This document shows, piece after piece, positions 30,741-40,543 of a stretch of DNA of 64,000 bases. The stretch is from IMG/VR virus record IMGVR_UViG_3300007735_000801, one strand, 5' to 3'. Every line of letters begins with the position of its first letter. Positions within the stretch are counted from its first letter, which is position 1. Both the position numbers and the translations under genes were made by a program. The DNA comes from a virus. Below the pieces are notes generated by a model. That model was not told the origin of the DNA, did no database searches, and worked only from the letters and a program-made list of their open reading frames with translations.

Positions 30741-31454
30741 ATGAAAATATTGATTCCCATGGCTGGGGAAGGAAGCAGATTTGCCAAAGAGGGCTACACT
30801 TTTCCTAAGCCTTTAATTGATGTTGACGGCAAACCGATGATTCAGGTTGTTGTGGAAAATTTAGATTTTGATGCCACATATATTTTCTTGGTTCGTAAAG
30901 AACATTTAGAAAAATATAGTGGTCTCAGAACTACATTAGACCGAATCACTAACGGCAAATTTCAGATTGTGGAAGTAGATGGTTTAACTGAAGGTGCAGC
31001 CTGTACTGCACTATTAGCTAAACATTTAATAAACGACGACGAAGAATTGTTAATTGCTAATTCTGATCAGGTATTAGAATATTCTATAGAGAATTTTAAA
31101 TTACTAAAATCATTAACCCCAGCCGAAGGTATCGTATTTACATTTAATGCCGTTCATCCTAAATGGTCTTTTGTTAGAGTTAATTCTCGTGGTATTATTA
31201 CGGAACTACAAGAAAAGAATCCAATCTCAAATATTGCAACTTGCGGTATTTATTGGTATAAAAAGGGATCAGAGTTTGTTAAATATGCAGAACAAATGAT
31301 CGATAAAAATATTAGAGTAAACAATGAGTTTTATATTGCTCCTGTATACAATGAATATGTTGCTGATAGGAAAATGCTTATTCCCTTTTATGTAGACAAG
31401 ATGCACGGAATTGGTACTCCCGAAGACCTTAATACCTACCTTAAACAAAAATGA
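30741..31454 (+). CDS. Sugar-phosphate nucleotidyltransferase
   Basis: IPMAGEGSRF...PKPLI, TEGAACT, ANSD, EK, GTPEDL. Confidence 0.9.
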   Translation: MKILIPMAGEGSRFAKEGYTFPKPLIDVDGKPMIQVVVENLDFDATYIFLVRKEHLEKYSGLRTTLDRITNGKFQIVEVDGLTEGAACTALLAKHLINDDEELLIANSDQVLEYSIENFKLLKSLTPAEGIVFTFNAVHPKWSFVRVNSRGIITELQEKNPISNIATCGIYWYKKGSEFVKYAEQMIDKNIRVNNEFYIAPVYNEYVADRKMLIPFYVDKMHGIGTPEDLNTYLKQK

Positions 31455-31762
31455 ATATTAAAGATTTTACTAAAGGTTGGTTGGTTGGTGATTTTTCTCC
31501 ATGTTTATTTAATAATAAAGATATAGAGATTGGTGTTAAGTATTATAAAAAGGGTGATAAAGATGAAAATCATTATCATAAAATAGCCACAGAATATACC
31601 GTTGTAATTTCTGGAGAAGTAAAAATGCAAAATAAAACATTTTCTTCTGGAGATATTATAATAATTGAACCAAATTTAGAGAATCAATTTGACTGTTTGG
31701 AAGATGCGTGTATACTTGTTATTAAGACACCATCTGTAGTCGGAGATAAATATATTAACTGA
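31451..31762 (+). CDS. Cupin-domain protein
   Basis: KGWLVGDF, HYHKIATE, GDIIII. Confidence 0.8.
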   Translation: MNIKDFTKGWLVGDFSPCLFNNKDIEIGVKYYKKGDKDENHYHKIATEYTVVISGEVKMQNKTFSSGDIIIIEPNLENQFDCLEDACILVIKTPSVVGDKYIN

Positions 31763-31773
31763 GAGAATTTTTT

Positions 31774-32532
31774 ATGATGCCAAAAACTGGAATTGCACTT
31801 TTAAATTATAATTTACCAAATGAGACTGATTTTGTTTATGAAAATTTAGTAAAGAATTTAACTAAAACTAATTACGAAATTTGTGTGGTAGATAATGCTT
31901 CAGACAAAGCTCCTCCCTCTAAGTATACAACAATCAAAAGTATTGTCAATACCAGAACAATGGGAGCCATATTGCTTGGAGCACATTATTTTAATCGAAA
32001 ACCTGACGTAAAGTATGTTTTCTATATGCACAACGATATGACATTCCGAGAATCGCCAGACATTTTATATGACATGGTGATGCATATGGAAGCAAATCCT
32101 CAAATTGCAGTAATCCACCCAGCACTAAATCAAGACGCAACTCCTGTATACATTGGTGATCGATTTACTGTATATAATCCAAATAATAAAGAATTATTCA
32201 GAAGAGTAATGCCTAATCATGCTAATGTGATTAATATGGACGACACATCCCCTATTCTTGTTCGTAAAGATGATTGGAATAGTGTTGGTGGTCAAGATCC
32301 AAGATTAACTCGTTGTTATGGTGCTGGTAAAGATTTTTATACTAATCTGCATCGTCTAGGAAAAGAAATTTACATGTATGATGGTGTAGTTATAGATCAT
32401 CACGGTCAATACACATACAAAAAGCAAATGGGAGACGAAACTTATAATAACCTAGACCGAGAAGCTTACTTAGAAATGAATCCTGTTATGAGTGAAAAAT
32501 ATGGAAATAATTGGAAAGAAGTATTTCGATGA
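31774..32532 (+). CDS. GT2-like glycosyltransferase
   Basis: LLNYN, VVDNASD, MHND, W..VGG.D. Confidence 0.75.
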   Translation: MMPKTGIALLNYNLPNETDFVYENLVKNLTKTNYEICVVDNASDKAPPSKYTTIKSIVNTRTMGAILLGAHYFNRKPDVKYVFYMHNDMTFRESPDILYDMVMHMEANPQIAVIHPALNQDATPVYIGDRFTVYNPNNKELFRRVMPNHANVINMDDTSPILVRKDDWNSVGGQDPRLTRCYGAGKDFYTNLHRLGKEIYMYDGVVIDHHGQYTYKKQMGDETYNNLDREAYLEMNPVMSEKYGNNWKEVFR

Positions 32533-33308
32533 ATGATTTAACTATAGTTGTTCCTTTAGGGATTTCCACTCCAGGAACTCCCGTTATTCAATTTTTGCAA
32601 TGGTGTATAGAATCTCTTCAAAAGCAAGAAACCAGCCGCAAGTATGAGATCGTGTTTGCCTGTGATGATAATGTATCCCAAGAAGTTAAAGATTTATTAA
32701 ATTCTACTGGCTGTTCTATTAGTTGGCATGATCCGTATTCATTTTTCCGAAAAGGTTCTATATGGAAAAAGATCATTACTGAATGGCAGAAGGTAGATTC
32801 AAAATTTGTTTCATTTTGCCACTATGATGATCTTTGGTCTTCAAACAAAGTAGACAGTCAATTAAATATGATGAATATGGAAGGATTAGATTTAAGTTGG
32901 AGTAATGTTCAGGTTGTGGATGAAAATAATAAAATTCTTACTATTACAAATAGTAGAGGATTTTTAAATGAAACCACAATAAGAAAAGGACCATCGTATG
33001 CGTTTTCTCATTCCACTATTGTTTCTAAAGACAAGTTTTTAGAAAGTGGTATTATGGAATATCTGGATCGGTCTGCTCCAATATATGAAGGTTTGCATTA
33101 TTTGTTTTGTCATAAATTAAAGGGTAATAGAGATCATAATTCTACATTCTATCACAGAGTCCACGGCTCTTCTGTGTCAAACAATCTTCATACCGAAACA
33201 CCTGAAATATCTAAAATTAGAGAAATTGCAGAGTATTCTTTGGATGAAGTTTTTCAGGACGAAAAGTCAATAAACATAGACGAGATTATTAGACAAATAT
33301 ATCCATGA
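32529..33308 (+). CDS. GT2-like glycosyltransferase
   Basis: LTIVVP, CIESL, FACDD, CHYDDLW, HRVH. Confidence 0.75.
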   Translation: MNDLTIVVPLGISTPGTPVIQFLQWCIESLQKQETSRKYEIVFACDDNVSQEVKDLLNSTGCSISWHDPYSFFRKGSIWKKIITEWQKVDSKFVSFCHYDDLWSSNKVDSQLNMMNMEGLDLSWSNVQVVDENNKILTITNSRGFLNETTIRKGPSYAFSHSTIVSKDKFLESGIMEYLDRSAPIYEGLHYLFCHKLKGNRDHNSTFYHRVHGSSVSNNLHTETPEISKIREIAEYSLDEVFQDEKSINIDEIIRQIYP

Positions 33309-33991
33309 AATGGTCTTTCGTTATATCGTATTTGGATGGAATCTATCTGGAACAGATTATTAATTCTATTAGGAATCAAAATAATCTAACCAAGGATAAG
33401 TTTGAAATAATATTAATTGGACCAGATAACGAAGCTCTACATAAAGTTAAACCACTAATTAATAATAATATTATATTCAACGAAACATTAGTTCCTGGTT
33501 GGATTACTATGAAGAAAAATCTAGCAGTTCAGAATGCAAATTTTGAAAATGTTTGTATTATGCATGACTATGTTGGGTTGTGTGAGAACTGGTATAATGG
33601 TTATTTAAATTTTGAAAATGATTGGGATGTTTGCTCGAATCCTATTCGTACATCAAAAGGCTCTCGGTATTGGGATTGGATTACTCTGAAGAGACCAATA
33701 GAATTTATTTCATATGATGACTTGTCGCAAACCAAAACTAACATGTATGTTGGCGGAACCTATTGGTGTGCTAAAAGAAAATTTATGTTAGAAAACCCGT
33801 TAGATGTTCGACGAGTCTGGGGACAAGGAGAAGATGTTGAGTGGGCTATGCGTTGTAAAGATAAGTGGAATTATACATTTAATCCATTTTCTGTGGTACG
33901 ACTATTGAGGGATAAAGAAATAACAATTCCAGATCCAGCATCAGACCCAAATCCATCTAGAGTTTACAGCACTATGAGAATTCAAAAATAA
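33305..33991 (+). CDS. GT2-like glycosyltransferase
   Basis: WITMKKN, IMHDY, WGQGEDVEW. Confidence 0.72.
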   Translation: MKWSFVISYLDGIYLEQIINSIRNQNNLTKDKFEIILIGPDNEALHKVKPLINNNIIFNETLVPGWITMKKNLAVQNANFENVCIMHDYVGLCENWYNGYLNFENDWDVCSNPIRTSKGSRYWDWITLKRPIEFISYDDLSQTKTNMYVGGTYWCAKRKFMLENPLDVRRVWGQGEDVEWAMRCKDKWNYTFNPFSVVRLLRDKEITIPDPASDPNPSRVYSTMRIQK

Positions 33992-34416
33992 TGATTAAGA
34001 TTATATCACATCGAGGCAATTTGTTGGGAAAGACTCCAGACGAAAATAAACCAGCATATATTGACACCGCAATATCAGAAGGATTTGATGTTGAAGTAGA
34101 TGTATGGCTGGTAGACCACAAATGGTATTTGGGTCATGATGAACCTCAATACGAAACCGATATAAAATTTTTATCAAATTACAGATTATGGTGTCACGCA
34201 AAAAACACAGAAGCCCTAGATGTTCTGTTGAAAAATGATGTTCATTGTTTCTGGCACGAAACAGATAAATTTACCATTACCAGTAAAGGAGTTCCTTGGG
34301 GATATCCTGGAAATTATATGGAATACGGAATTACTGTTGAATTGGGTTCTAAAATTAAAATACCAAACGTATTTGGTGTATGCACAGATTATCCGTTAGA
34401 TTGGATTAAAAAATAA
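33991..34416 (+). CDS. Glycerophosphodiester phosphodiesterase/PLC-like protein
   Basis: ISHRGN, EN.P, GFDVEVDVW, LGHD, WCHAKN, GVCTDY. Confidence 0.8.
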   Translation: MIKIISHRGNLLGKTPDENKPAYIDTAISEGFDVEVDVWLVDHKWYLGHDEPQYETDIKFLSNYRLWCHAKNTEALDVLLKNDVHCFWHETDKFTITSKGVPWGYPGNYMEYGITVELGSKIKIPNVFGVCTDYPLDWIKK

Positions 34417-34452
34417 TGAAATGTCACATATATAACCATGGAGATTTAAATT

Positions 34453-35691
34453 ATGCCTAAAATATGCTTATCAATGATTGTTAAGAATGAAACTCACATT
34501 ATCAAAGAATGCCTTGATTCCATCTACAAGTACGTAGACTACTGGGTCATTGTGGATACTGGTTCCACTGACGGAACTCAAGAATTAATTAAAACATATT
34601 TTGCAGAGAAGGGTATTCCTGGAGAACTTCATGAACGCCCATGGGTAAGCTTTGGTGATAATCGCACAGAAGCTCTGCAACTCTGTGACGGCAAAGCAGA
34701 CTGGGCATGGATGATTGATGCTGACGACTATGTTGAAGGTGATTTTAAGTTTCCGTTCTCTGCAGGTGACGCAGAAGGATTTGCTCTTGCGTTTGGTCGT
34801 GGGGAATTTAGCTGGTGGAGAACACAAATTTTTCGTACAGGTATTGGCTGGAAGTATCAAGGCATTCTTCACGAGTATCCTACCAAGGACGGAGATGCTC
34901 CGCCACGCATTGCAAAGCTTGAAGGAACCTATAAGATTGTTGCTCGTACTGTCGGTGCTCGTAACGTAGGTATTGATCCTATTGAAAAGTATAAGCGAGA
35001 TGCTGTCATGTTGGAAGAGGCTTTGGCAAAGGAGCCAACCAATCTTCGATACCAATTCTATCTGGCTCAAAGTTACTTTGATTCGCAACAATGGGAAAAG
35101 GCGGAAGCGGCGTATATTAAACGTGTAGAAATGGGTGGATGGGAAGAAGAACAATACTATTCTCAGTTCCGTGTTGGTATGTGTCGTGGTCTTGCGAATA
35201 AACCTTGGTTAGAAATTCAACAAGCATTCTTAGAGGCTTGGGAACTTCGTCCAACACGTGCAGAACCCCTCTACCAAATTGCTCGTGTCTATCGACTCAT
35301 GAATCATCCACGGTTATCGTTTTTGTACGCTAAAATGGCTTTAGATATTCCTTTCCCGAAGGATGACATTTTGTTTATTAGCGAAGATGTGTACAAGTAT
35401 GGTGTTTTAGATGAAATTGCGTCTACGGCATTCTATGCAGGAAAGGCTCATATGGGATACGCTGCCTGTAAGAAGCTTTTGACGGAATCCAGATTGCCAG
35501 CAGAACACAAGGAACGAGTTGAAACCAATCTTCAACAATATTTAAAATTCTTTGAACACACCAACCAAATGGAGTCCATTCGTCAAATGGATGAACAGGC
35601 TGCAAAACAGAGCCAAAAAAAGGATCATAAACCTGCTCTTTTTCCAGCACAAAAAAAGAAGTTCAAAAGCAGAAAAACCGTACATCGATAA
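34453..35691 (+). CDS. GT2 + TPR glycosyltransferase (protein-glycosyltransferase architecture)
   Basis: ICLSMIVKNE, VDTGSTD, IDADD, HEY; TPR helices FYLAQSYFD, RPTRAEPLY. Confidence 0.88.
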   Translation: MPKICLSMIVKNETHIIKECLDSIYKYVDYWVIVDTGSTDGTQELIKTYFAEKGIPGELHERPWVSFGDNRTEALQLCDGKADWAWMIDADDYVEGDFKFPFSAGDAEGFALAFGRGEFSWWRTQIFRTGIGWKYQGILHEYPTKDGDAPPRIAKLEGTYKIVARTVGARNVGIDPIEKYKRDAVMLEEALAKEPTNLRYQFYLAQSYFDSQQWEKAEAAYIKRVEMGGWEEEQYYSQFRVGMCRGLANKPWLEIQQAFLEAWELRPTRAEPLYQIARVYRLMNHPRLSFLYAKMALDIPFPKDDILFISEDVYKYGVLDEIASTAFYAGKAHMGYAACKKLLTESRLPAEHKERVETNLQQYLKFFEHTNQMESIRQMDEQAAKQSQKKDHKPALFPAQKKKFKSRKTVHR

Positions 35692-35693
35692 AG

Positions 35694-35701
35694 CCTAAAT
35701 A
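35694..35701 (+). promoter_or_regulatory. Late promoter variant CCTAAATA, 4 nt before ATG
   Basis: CCTAAATA-acgt-ATG(35706). Confidence 0.65.
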
Positions 35702-35705
35702 ACGT

Positions 35706-36125
35706 ATGACCGCAAAATACGACTTATCAATCAATCAAGGTGCAAATTTTAATATATTTGTACAGTATTTGGACTCTTCTGATAATCCAGTAAACCTGGC
35801 TTCCTATACGGCAGCACTACAGATTCGTCGTGCCAAGGAAACATCGTATCCTATACTGTATGCCACCACTAATGGAGTTACTGTGGGATTCACTGGAGGC
35901 AGCGGAATCACTGGCGGTGTTAGCGGTATTGGTGGCATTAGTCTGAATACCAACTATGATGGTACTGCCCTGACAGGAGGCATCTATATCAAAGTAGGTC
36001 CTTCTAGCACTGCTTATTTTCCAGTAGGTCGTCATCTGTATGATCTGGATTTGATTATAGGAACAACTTACACCAATCGTTTACTAGAAGGTCGTGCAGA
36101 CGTTACTGGAGAAACAACCAGATGA
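35706..36125 (+). CDS. Virion structural beta-sandwich protein (fibre/baseplate-associated)
   Basis: YDLSINQGANF, PVNLASYTAALQIR, YDL, RLLEG pattern seen in T4-like fibre-associated proteins. Confidence 0.6.
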   Translation: MTAKYDLSINQGANFNIFVQYLDSSDNPVNLASYTAALQIRRAKETSYPILYATTNGVTVGFTGGSGITGGVSGIGGISLNTNYDGTALTGGIYIKVGPSSTAYFPVGRHLYDLDLIIGTTYTNRLLEGRADVTGETTR

Positions 36126-36244
36126 AGTTGAAAATCCGAGAAACATATCAATTGCTGACTGCTTTATTTGTGTATGTAAATAACAATCAAATTCTGAAAA
36201 TTAAAATTTCAGAACGAGCAAAGTTTAATACTCTATATTTGTAA
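36122..36244 (+). CDS. Hypothetical 40-aa protein (not in ORF track)
   Basis: ATGA overlap with the upstream gene; fills the gap to the collagen gene. Confidence 0.4.
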   Translation: MKLKIRETYQLLTALFVYVNNNQILKIKISERAKFNTLYL

Positions 36245-36247
36245 TGT

Positions 36248-37495
36248 ATGAAACGTTTCCAAAAATATTTTCATGTTGAAGAGACCATTCCAGGATATGT
36301 GGAAGGTCAATATTCGTATGGTTCTAAATTTGTTTTAACAGAATCTTGGAACGATTATCTGCAAGGTTCTGAATTCACACTAACCGACAACGAAATTCCA
36401 GACAAGGTTTATCGACACGGAGTCGGAATAGCTTCAGGTCAATTTCGTGATAAAAATGGAAATATAATTTCCATAACAGGAAATCACCATAATCTTCAAA
36501 ATTTATTTCAATATCGTCCTCAACCAGAAATTGCTTATCCAGAAACACAAACCAGAATAGAACGAGAGGTTGTTCGAGAAACTGGTATTCCTGGACCTAA
36601 GGGAGAAAAGGGAGAAGACGGATGGGCTGGTCCTCAAGGAGAACGAGGTCCTCGTGGAGAACAAGGCGTTCAGGGTATTCAGGGGTTACGAGGAGTTGCT
36701 GGAGAGAAGGGCGAAAAGGGAGACAAGGGAGTTACTGGAGATAGAGGAGAAACTGGATGGACTGGGTATCCAGGAGACAAGGGTCTACAGGGAGTAGACG
36801 GTCCTACTGGTCCAAAGGGAGAAAAGGGCGATCAAGGCATTCAGGGTGTTCGGGGCGAGCAGGGCGTACAGGGAGAACAGGGTATTCCAGGCATTCAGGG
36901 CAAGGACGGCTCACAGGGCATCCAAGGGCTTCCTGGAGCCTCTGGCAAGGATGGTAAAGACGGCAAAACAGGCAAATCTGGACCTCGTGGAGCCCAAGGA
37001 ACACAGGGCAAAGCGGGTCCGAAGGGTGATCAGGGCGCAAAGGGAGATCAGGGTCCGATTGGTCCAGAAGGTGCTCAAGGTCCTACTGGAGAATCTCCAG
37101 TATTGACTGCCCAGTATCCTCTGATATTGGAGGACAATGAATTAACCTTTGATCCTAAGAAAATACAAGAATTTTTATCCAGTTTAATTAAAAGCAAAAG
37201 TGATGCTGATCGAGTCTCCCATAACATGGGAATGATGGCTAGTTCTGGTGGTGGTGCGGTTGGCATCTATAAAGACCGAGCCAGAATTATTAAATCAGTA
37301 AACGATATTAATTTTATTGGCGATAATATTGTGGTGACTCGCAAAGGCAAACAAGTTGATGTGAGTGTTACTGCTGTTGGAGCATTCTACGAATCCGCTA
37401 CTAGTCCTGTAGCCACTTTAATAGACGGAGATCGTTGGTGGAATACTGATACAGGTAGACTATATACTTGGATCGGAATTTGGGCTGAAATTTAA
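36248..37495 (+). CDS. Collagen-like fibre protein
   Basis: 57 uninterrupted Gly-X-Y triplets; C-terminal GDRWWNTDTGRLY module. Confidence 0.9.
   Translation: MKRFQKYFHVEETIPGYVEGQYSYGSKFVLTESWNDYLQGSEFTLTDNEIPDKVYRHGVGIASGQFRDKNGNIISITGNHHNLQNLFQYRPQPEIAYPETQTRIEREVVRETGIPGPKGEKGEDGWAGPQGERGPRGEQGVQGIQGLRGVAGEKGEKGDKGVTGDRGETGWTGYPGDKGLQGVDGPTGPKGEKGDQGIQGVRGEQGVQGEQGIPGIQGKDGSQGIQGLPGASGKDGKDGKTGKSGPRGAQGTQGKAGPKGDQGAKGDQGPIGPEGAQGPTGESPVLTAQYPLILEDNELTFDPKKIQEFLSSLIKSKSDADRVSHNMGMMASSGGGAVGIYKDRARIIKSVNDINFIGDNIVVTRKGKQVDVSVTAVGAFYESATSPVATLIDGDRWWNTDTGRLYTWIGIWAEI
36584..37096 (+). repeat. (Gly-X-Y)57 collagen repeat
   Basis: Counted from GIP GPK to GPT GES. Confidence 0.92.
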
Positions 37496-37497
37496 CG

Positions 37498-37505
37498 TAT
37501 AAATA
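37498..37505 (+). promoter_or_regulatory. Late promoter TATAAATA, 5 nt before ATG
   Basis: TATAAATA-ctgta-ATG(37511). Confidence 0.8.
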
Positions 37506-37510
37506 CTGTA

Positions 37511-40345
37511 ATGGCAATAAATTTTCCTAATAGTCCTAGTTCTGGTAATACCTACGCATATAATGGCATAATATGGTCGTGGAATGGTGCAGCATGGGAT
37601 AAACAGAGTACTGCAGGTGGCGGTGTAACAGGAGCAACTGGTGCTACAGGATCACAAGGAGTAACAGGCGCAACAGGTACTAATGGAACAAATGGCGCAA
37701 CAGGCGCAACTGGTGCAACAGGTGCAAACTTTACTGGCTATGACTACGAAATTCATGTTAGTCAAGTAGATGGAAATGACACTACAGGTAATGGTGATTT
37801 ACTAACACCCGTTGCTTCTATTACTAAGGCACTGACTTTAGTAGATTCACAGCGTAAAACCATCATTGTTCACCCAGGAACTTACACCGAAAGCCCTTCA
37901 ATAACTGTTCAGTACACGACCATAACTGGTCCTGGTCTTATTGGTGGAAACATCGTAATTTCTGGAACTATAAGCACAAACACAGGTTGCACTATTTCAG
38001 GTATAAAGATGACCAACCTGACTGTGACTACACCTAGCGGTACAGGAAATGTAAACATCCTTAACTGTGAAGTTTCTGGAATTTTCACAAAAAGCAGTAG
38101 TGCTGACTACACCGTTCTTCGTTTGTGTGACCTCACCTCTGCAAGTATTACTGGAGCAGGTTTAGTAGCCATCTTCGGTGGTAATCCAAACTTTATAACA
38201 GTTAATAATGCTAGTGCAAATGTAATCCTTAAAAGTGCGGTTACTGTTTCACCAGTTCTAACTGCTGGAACACTAAGTATTGTAGATTCCGTTGTGGCTG
38301 CTGCAGTAACCAACGCTGTTACATCGGCTGCCTCAAGTGTGATTACCTTAGCAAACTCTCAACTACTAACCTCAGCACTAAACAATGTCGCACCAATTGT
38401 CCTAAATGGCTTCTACTCAATCTTGAACTGTGTGTACAACAAACCAACCTCAACTCTGGCTGCTTTATCTGCAACTGGCGGTTCATATAACTCTATTGAT
38501 TACTTCCAATACATCAACGCCGATAAGTTTATTACTCAAGGCGGAACATCCTCTCAGTTCGTAAAGGGTGATGGCTCTCTTGATTCCAATGTGGTGATCT
38601 CGTTCAACGGACTCACAGGTGCTGTGACAGGCGTTACGGCAGGTGGTGCAAATACATTCACTGGACTCAATAGTTTCAGTGCAGGTATTAGTGCCGCAGG
38701 CGGTGTAACATTCAGCGGAGCCTTCTCTGGCACAACAGGCTCATTCTCAAAACTGTTGACTGCGAGTGGTGGACTGAGTGCATCGGGTGCAACCTTTTCT
38801 GGTACAATCTCGGCAGCACAATTTTCAGGAGTATTAACATCTTGCACAGGATTGCCTGTAAGCACAGGCATCACTGGTTTTGGTAGTGGAATAGCAACAT
38901 TTCTTGCAACACCAACTTCGGCAAACTTAAAGACCGCACTCACAGACGAAACTGGAACTGGAAAAGTTATGTTTTCTACAGATCCAATAGTTACGGAATC
39001 ACTTAGTGTTACAGATCCAGTTGGAAATATTGGAGCACTTTTAAAATTTAGTTCAAATAATGCACTTGATTCGATATATTATGGTGTTAATTTTGGATCA
39101 ATAGGAACAACAAGTCTCTCATTTATTATGGATGATTTTACTGATCCAACATATCGCTACATGCAGATTGATGCTGACAAAATCATTACAATAGGTGATG
39201 TTAATGGTGTTTGTGGTGGCACTAATTTATCAATAAATAATACGACTCAAACTATCGCCGTTACTGGTAGACTGACTGCATCGGGTGCAACATTCTCAGG
39301 AAATATCTCTGCACCAAACATTGTAAACTCATGGAATGGTGCAACAGGTGCAGTGACATTCACCAACTATGTGACATCATTCAACGGCAAGACAGGTGCG
39401 GTTCAAGGAGTGTCTGCTGCTGTGGCAGGAACAGGTATTTCCGTATCAGGTGCAACAGGATCGGTTACCATTACGAACACAGGTGTTCAATCATTCAACG
39501 GTGTCACAGGTGCACTTCAGGGAGTGTCGTCATTTAATGGTGCAACAGGCGCAGTCACTTTTACTAATTATGTGGCATCATTCAACGGTGTCACAGGTGC
39601 TGTTACTGGAGTAACAACTTCAACAGCAAATACATTCACTGCACTTCAAACATTTAATTCAGGTATCTCTGCCGCAGGTGGTGTAACATTCAGTGGAACT
39701 TTCTCTGGCTCAACAGGCTCATTCTCTAAACTACTGACTGCGAGTGCGGGTCTGTCTGCCACAACTGGAACATTCTCAACTAGTATTAACACTCCTATTA
39801 TTTTTACTCCTACAATTTATTACAACTCTAGCAATTACATTGATCTTTCTGATACCACAGTAAGAATAGGCGACCCACTAGGAGAGGATACTGGTCAGTA
39901 CATATATTATGAACAAGGCGAGGGTACACTATACGGAAATGAAAGTGCTCTTACAAATTTTAGCACATTAACTCTTACATCCGCAGCAACTATCGGAGAT
40001 CACGCCACCATAGGCGCAGGTGGTGGTCTAGTAGATTCCGCATCCACTGCTCTTGGCACAACAGCAGCAAATCAAATAATTTCACAGACAGTACTTTATA
40101 CAAATTATAGATCAGTGGAATTTTTCGTTCAGGCTTCCACGGCAGGAGGCGCATACGAAGCACTCAAGATCATGGTGGTGCACGACGGAACAACCACATA
40201 CAACACTCAATACGGTGTTGTTCGTAGTGGTGCAACCCTTGGCACATATACCACAATTCTTGTCTCAAGTAAACTCAGATTACGAGTCACTCCAACCACA
40301 GTGAACACCACATACAAAGTTATGATCACGGCATTGCCTGTATAA
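37511..40345 (+). CDS. Tail fibre/spike protein (944 aa)
   Basis: MAINFP.SP..G N-terminus, GATGATG repeats, beta-helix-like region (GNDTTGNG...PVASITKA...VHPGTYTE), six S(F/W)NGxTGA(V/L) repeats. Confidence 0.85.
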   Translation: MAINFPNSPSSGNTYAYNGIIWSWNGAAWDKQSTAGGGVTGATGATGSQGVTGATGTNGTNGATGATGATGANFTGYDYEIHVSQVDGNDTTGNGDLLTPVASITKALTLVDSQRKTIIVHPGTYTESPSITVQYTTITGPGLIGGNIVISGTISTNTGCTISGIKMTNLTVTTPSGTGNVNILNCEVSGIFTKSSSADYTVLRLCDLTSASITGAGLVAIFGGNPNFITVNNASANVILKSAVTVSPVLTAGTLSIVDSVVAAAVTNAVTSAASSVITLANSQLLTSALNNVAPIVLNGFYSILNCVYNKPTSTLAALSATGGSYNSIDYFQYINADKFITQGGTSSQFVKGDGSLDSNVVISFNGLTGAVTGVTAGGANTFTGLNSFSAGISAAGGVTFSGAFSGTTGSFSKLLTASGGLSASGATFSGTISAAQFSGVLTSCTGLPVSTGITGFGSGIATFLATPTSANLKTALTDETGTGKVMFSTDPIVTESLSVTDPVGNIGALLKFSSNNALDSIYYGVNFGSIGTTSLSFIMDDFTDPTYRYMQIDADKIITIGDVNGVCGGTNLSINNTTQTIAVTGRLTASGATFSGNISAPNIVNSWNGATGAVTFTNYVTSFNGKTGAVQGVSAAVAGTGISVSGATGSVTITNTGVQSFNGVTGALQGVSSFNGATGAVTFTNYVASFNGVTGAVTGVTTSTANTFTALQTFNSGISAAGGVTFSGTFSGSTGSFSKLLTASAGLSATTGTFSTSINTPIIFTPTIYYNSSNYIDLSDTTVRIGDPLGEDTGQYIYYEQGEGTLYGNESALTNFSTLTLTSAATIGDHATIGAGGGLVDSASTALGTTAANQIISQTVLYTNYRSVEFFVQASTAGGAYEALKIMVVHDGTTTYNTQYGVVRSGATLGTYTTILVSSKLRLRVTPTTVNTTYKVMITALPV
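38600..39760 (+). repeat. ~180-bp internal duplication in fibre gene (about 38600-38782 and 39578-39760)
   Basis: SFNG.TGAVTGVT...ANTFT.L..F..GISAAGGVTFSG.FSG.TGSFSKLLTAS.GLSA occurs twice. Confidence 0.85.
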
Positions 40346-40360
40346 ATATAGGAGAACAAC

Positions 40361-40543
40361 ATGGCAGACACAATACTTCCATTCAATGTTTCTACAGGTA
40401 TTGTACAGAATATTATTATATGGGACGGAAACGGTGTGCTTTCGCCGTATTCAAACGATCAGTTAATTCAAATAGGGGAAAATGAATTATGTGATATTGG
40501 ATACACATTTACTGCAAATAATGATCCAAAATTTTCTGCATGA
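40361..40543 (+). CDS. Small fibre-associated/assembly protein
   Basis: GIVQNIIIWDG...CDIGYT pattern; TATAAATA at 40341 and AGGAG SD. Confidence 0.55.
   Translation: MADTILPFNVSTGIVQNIIIWDGNGVLSPYSNDQLIQIGENELCDIGYTFTANNDPKFSA

Noticed and set aside
23660-35691. Glycosyltransferase cluster as T4-style DNA glucosylation
   Set aside because: No dCMP hydroxymethylase or alpha/beta-glucosyltransferase recognised; families and late context fit surface glycans better. Not fully excluded, as the rest of the genome is unseen
36248-36290. MKRFQKYFHVEE at the collagen N-terminus as a capsid-targeting tag
   Set aside because: Only a loose match, and the protein looks like an external fibre; not counted
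38600-39760. Fibre duplication and the 96-bp repeat at 55321/56350 as DGR template/variable repeats
   Set aside because: No reverse transcriptase in the window; both copies are in-frame coding, and differences are not adenine-specific by eye
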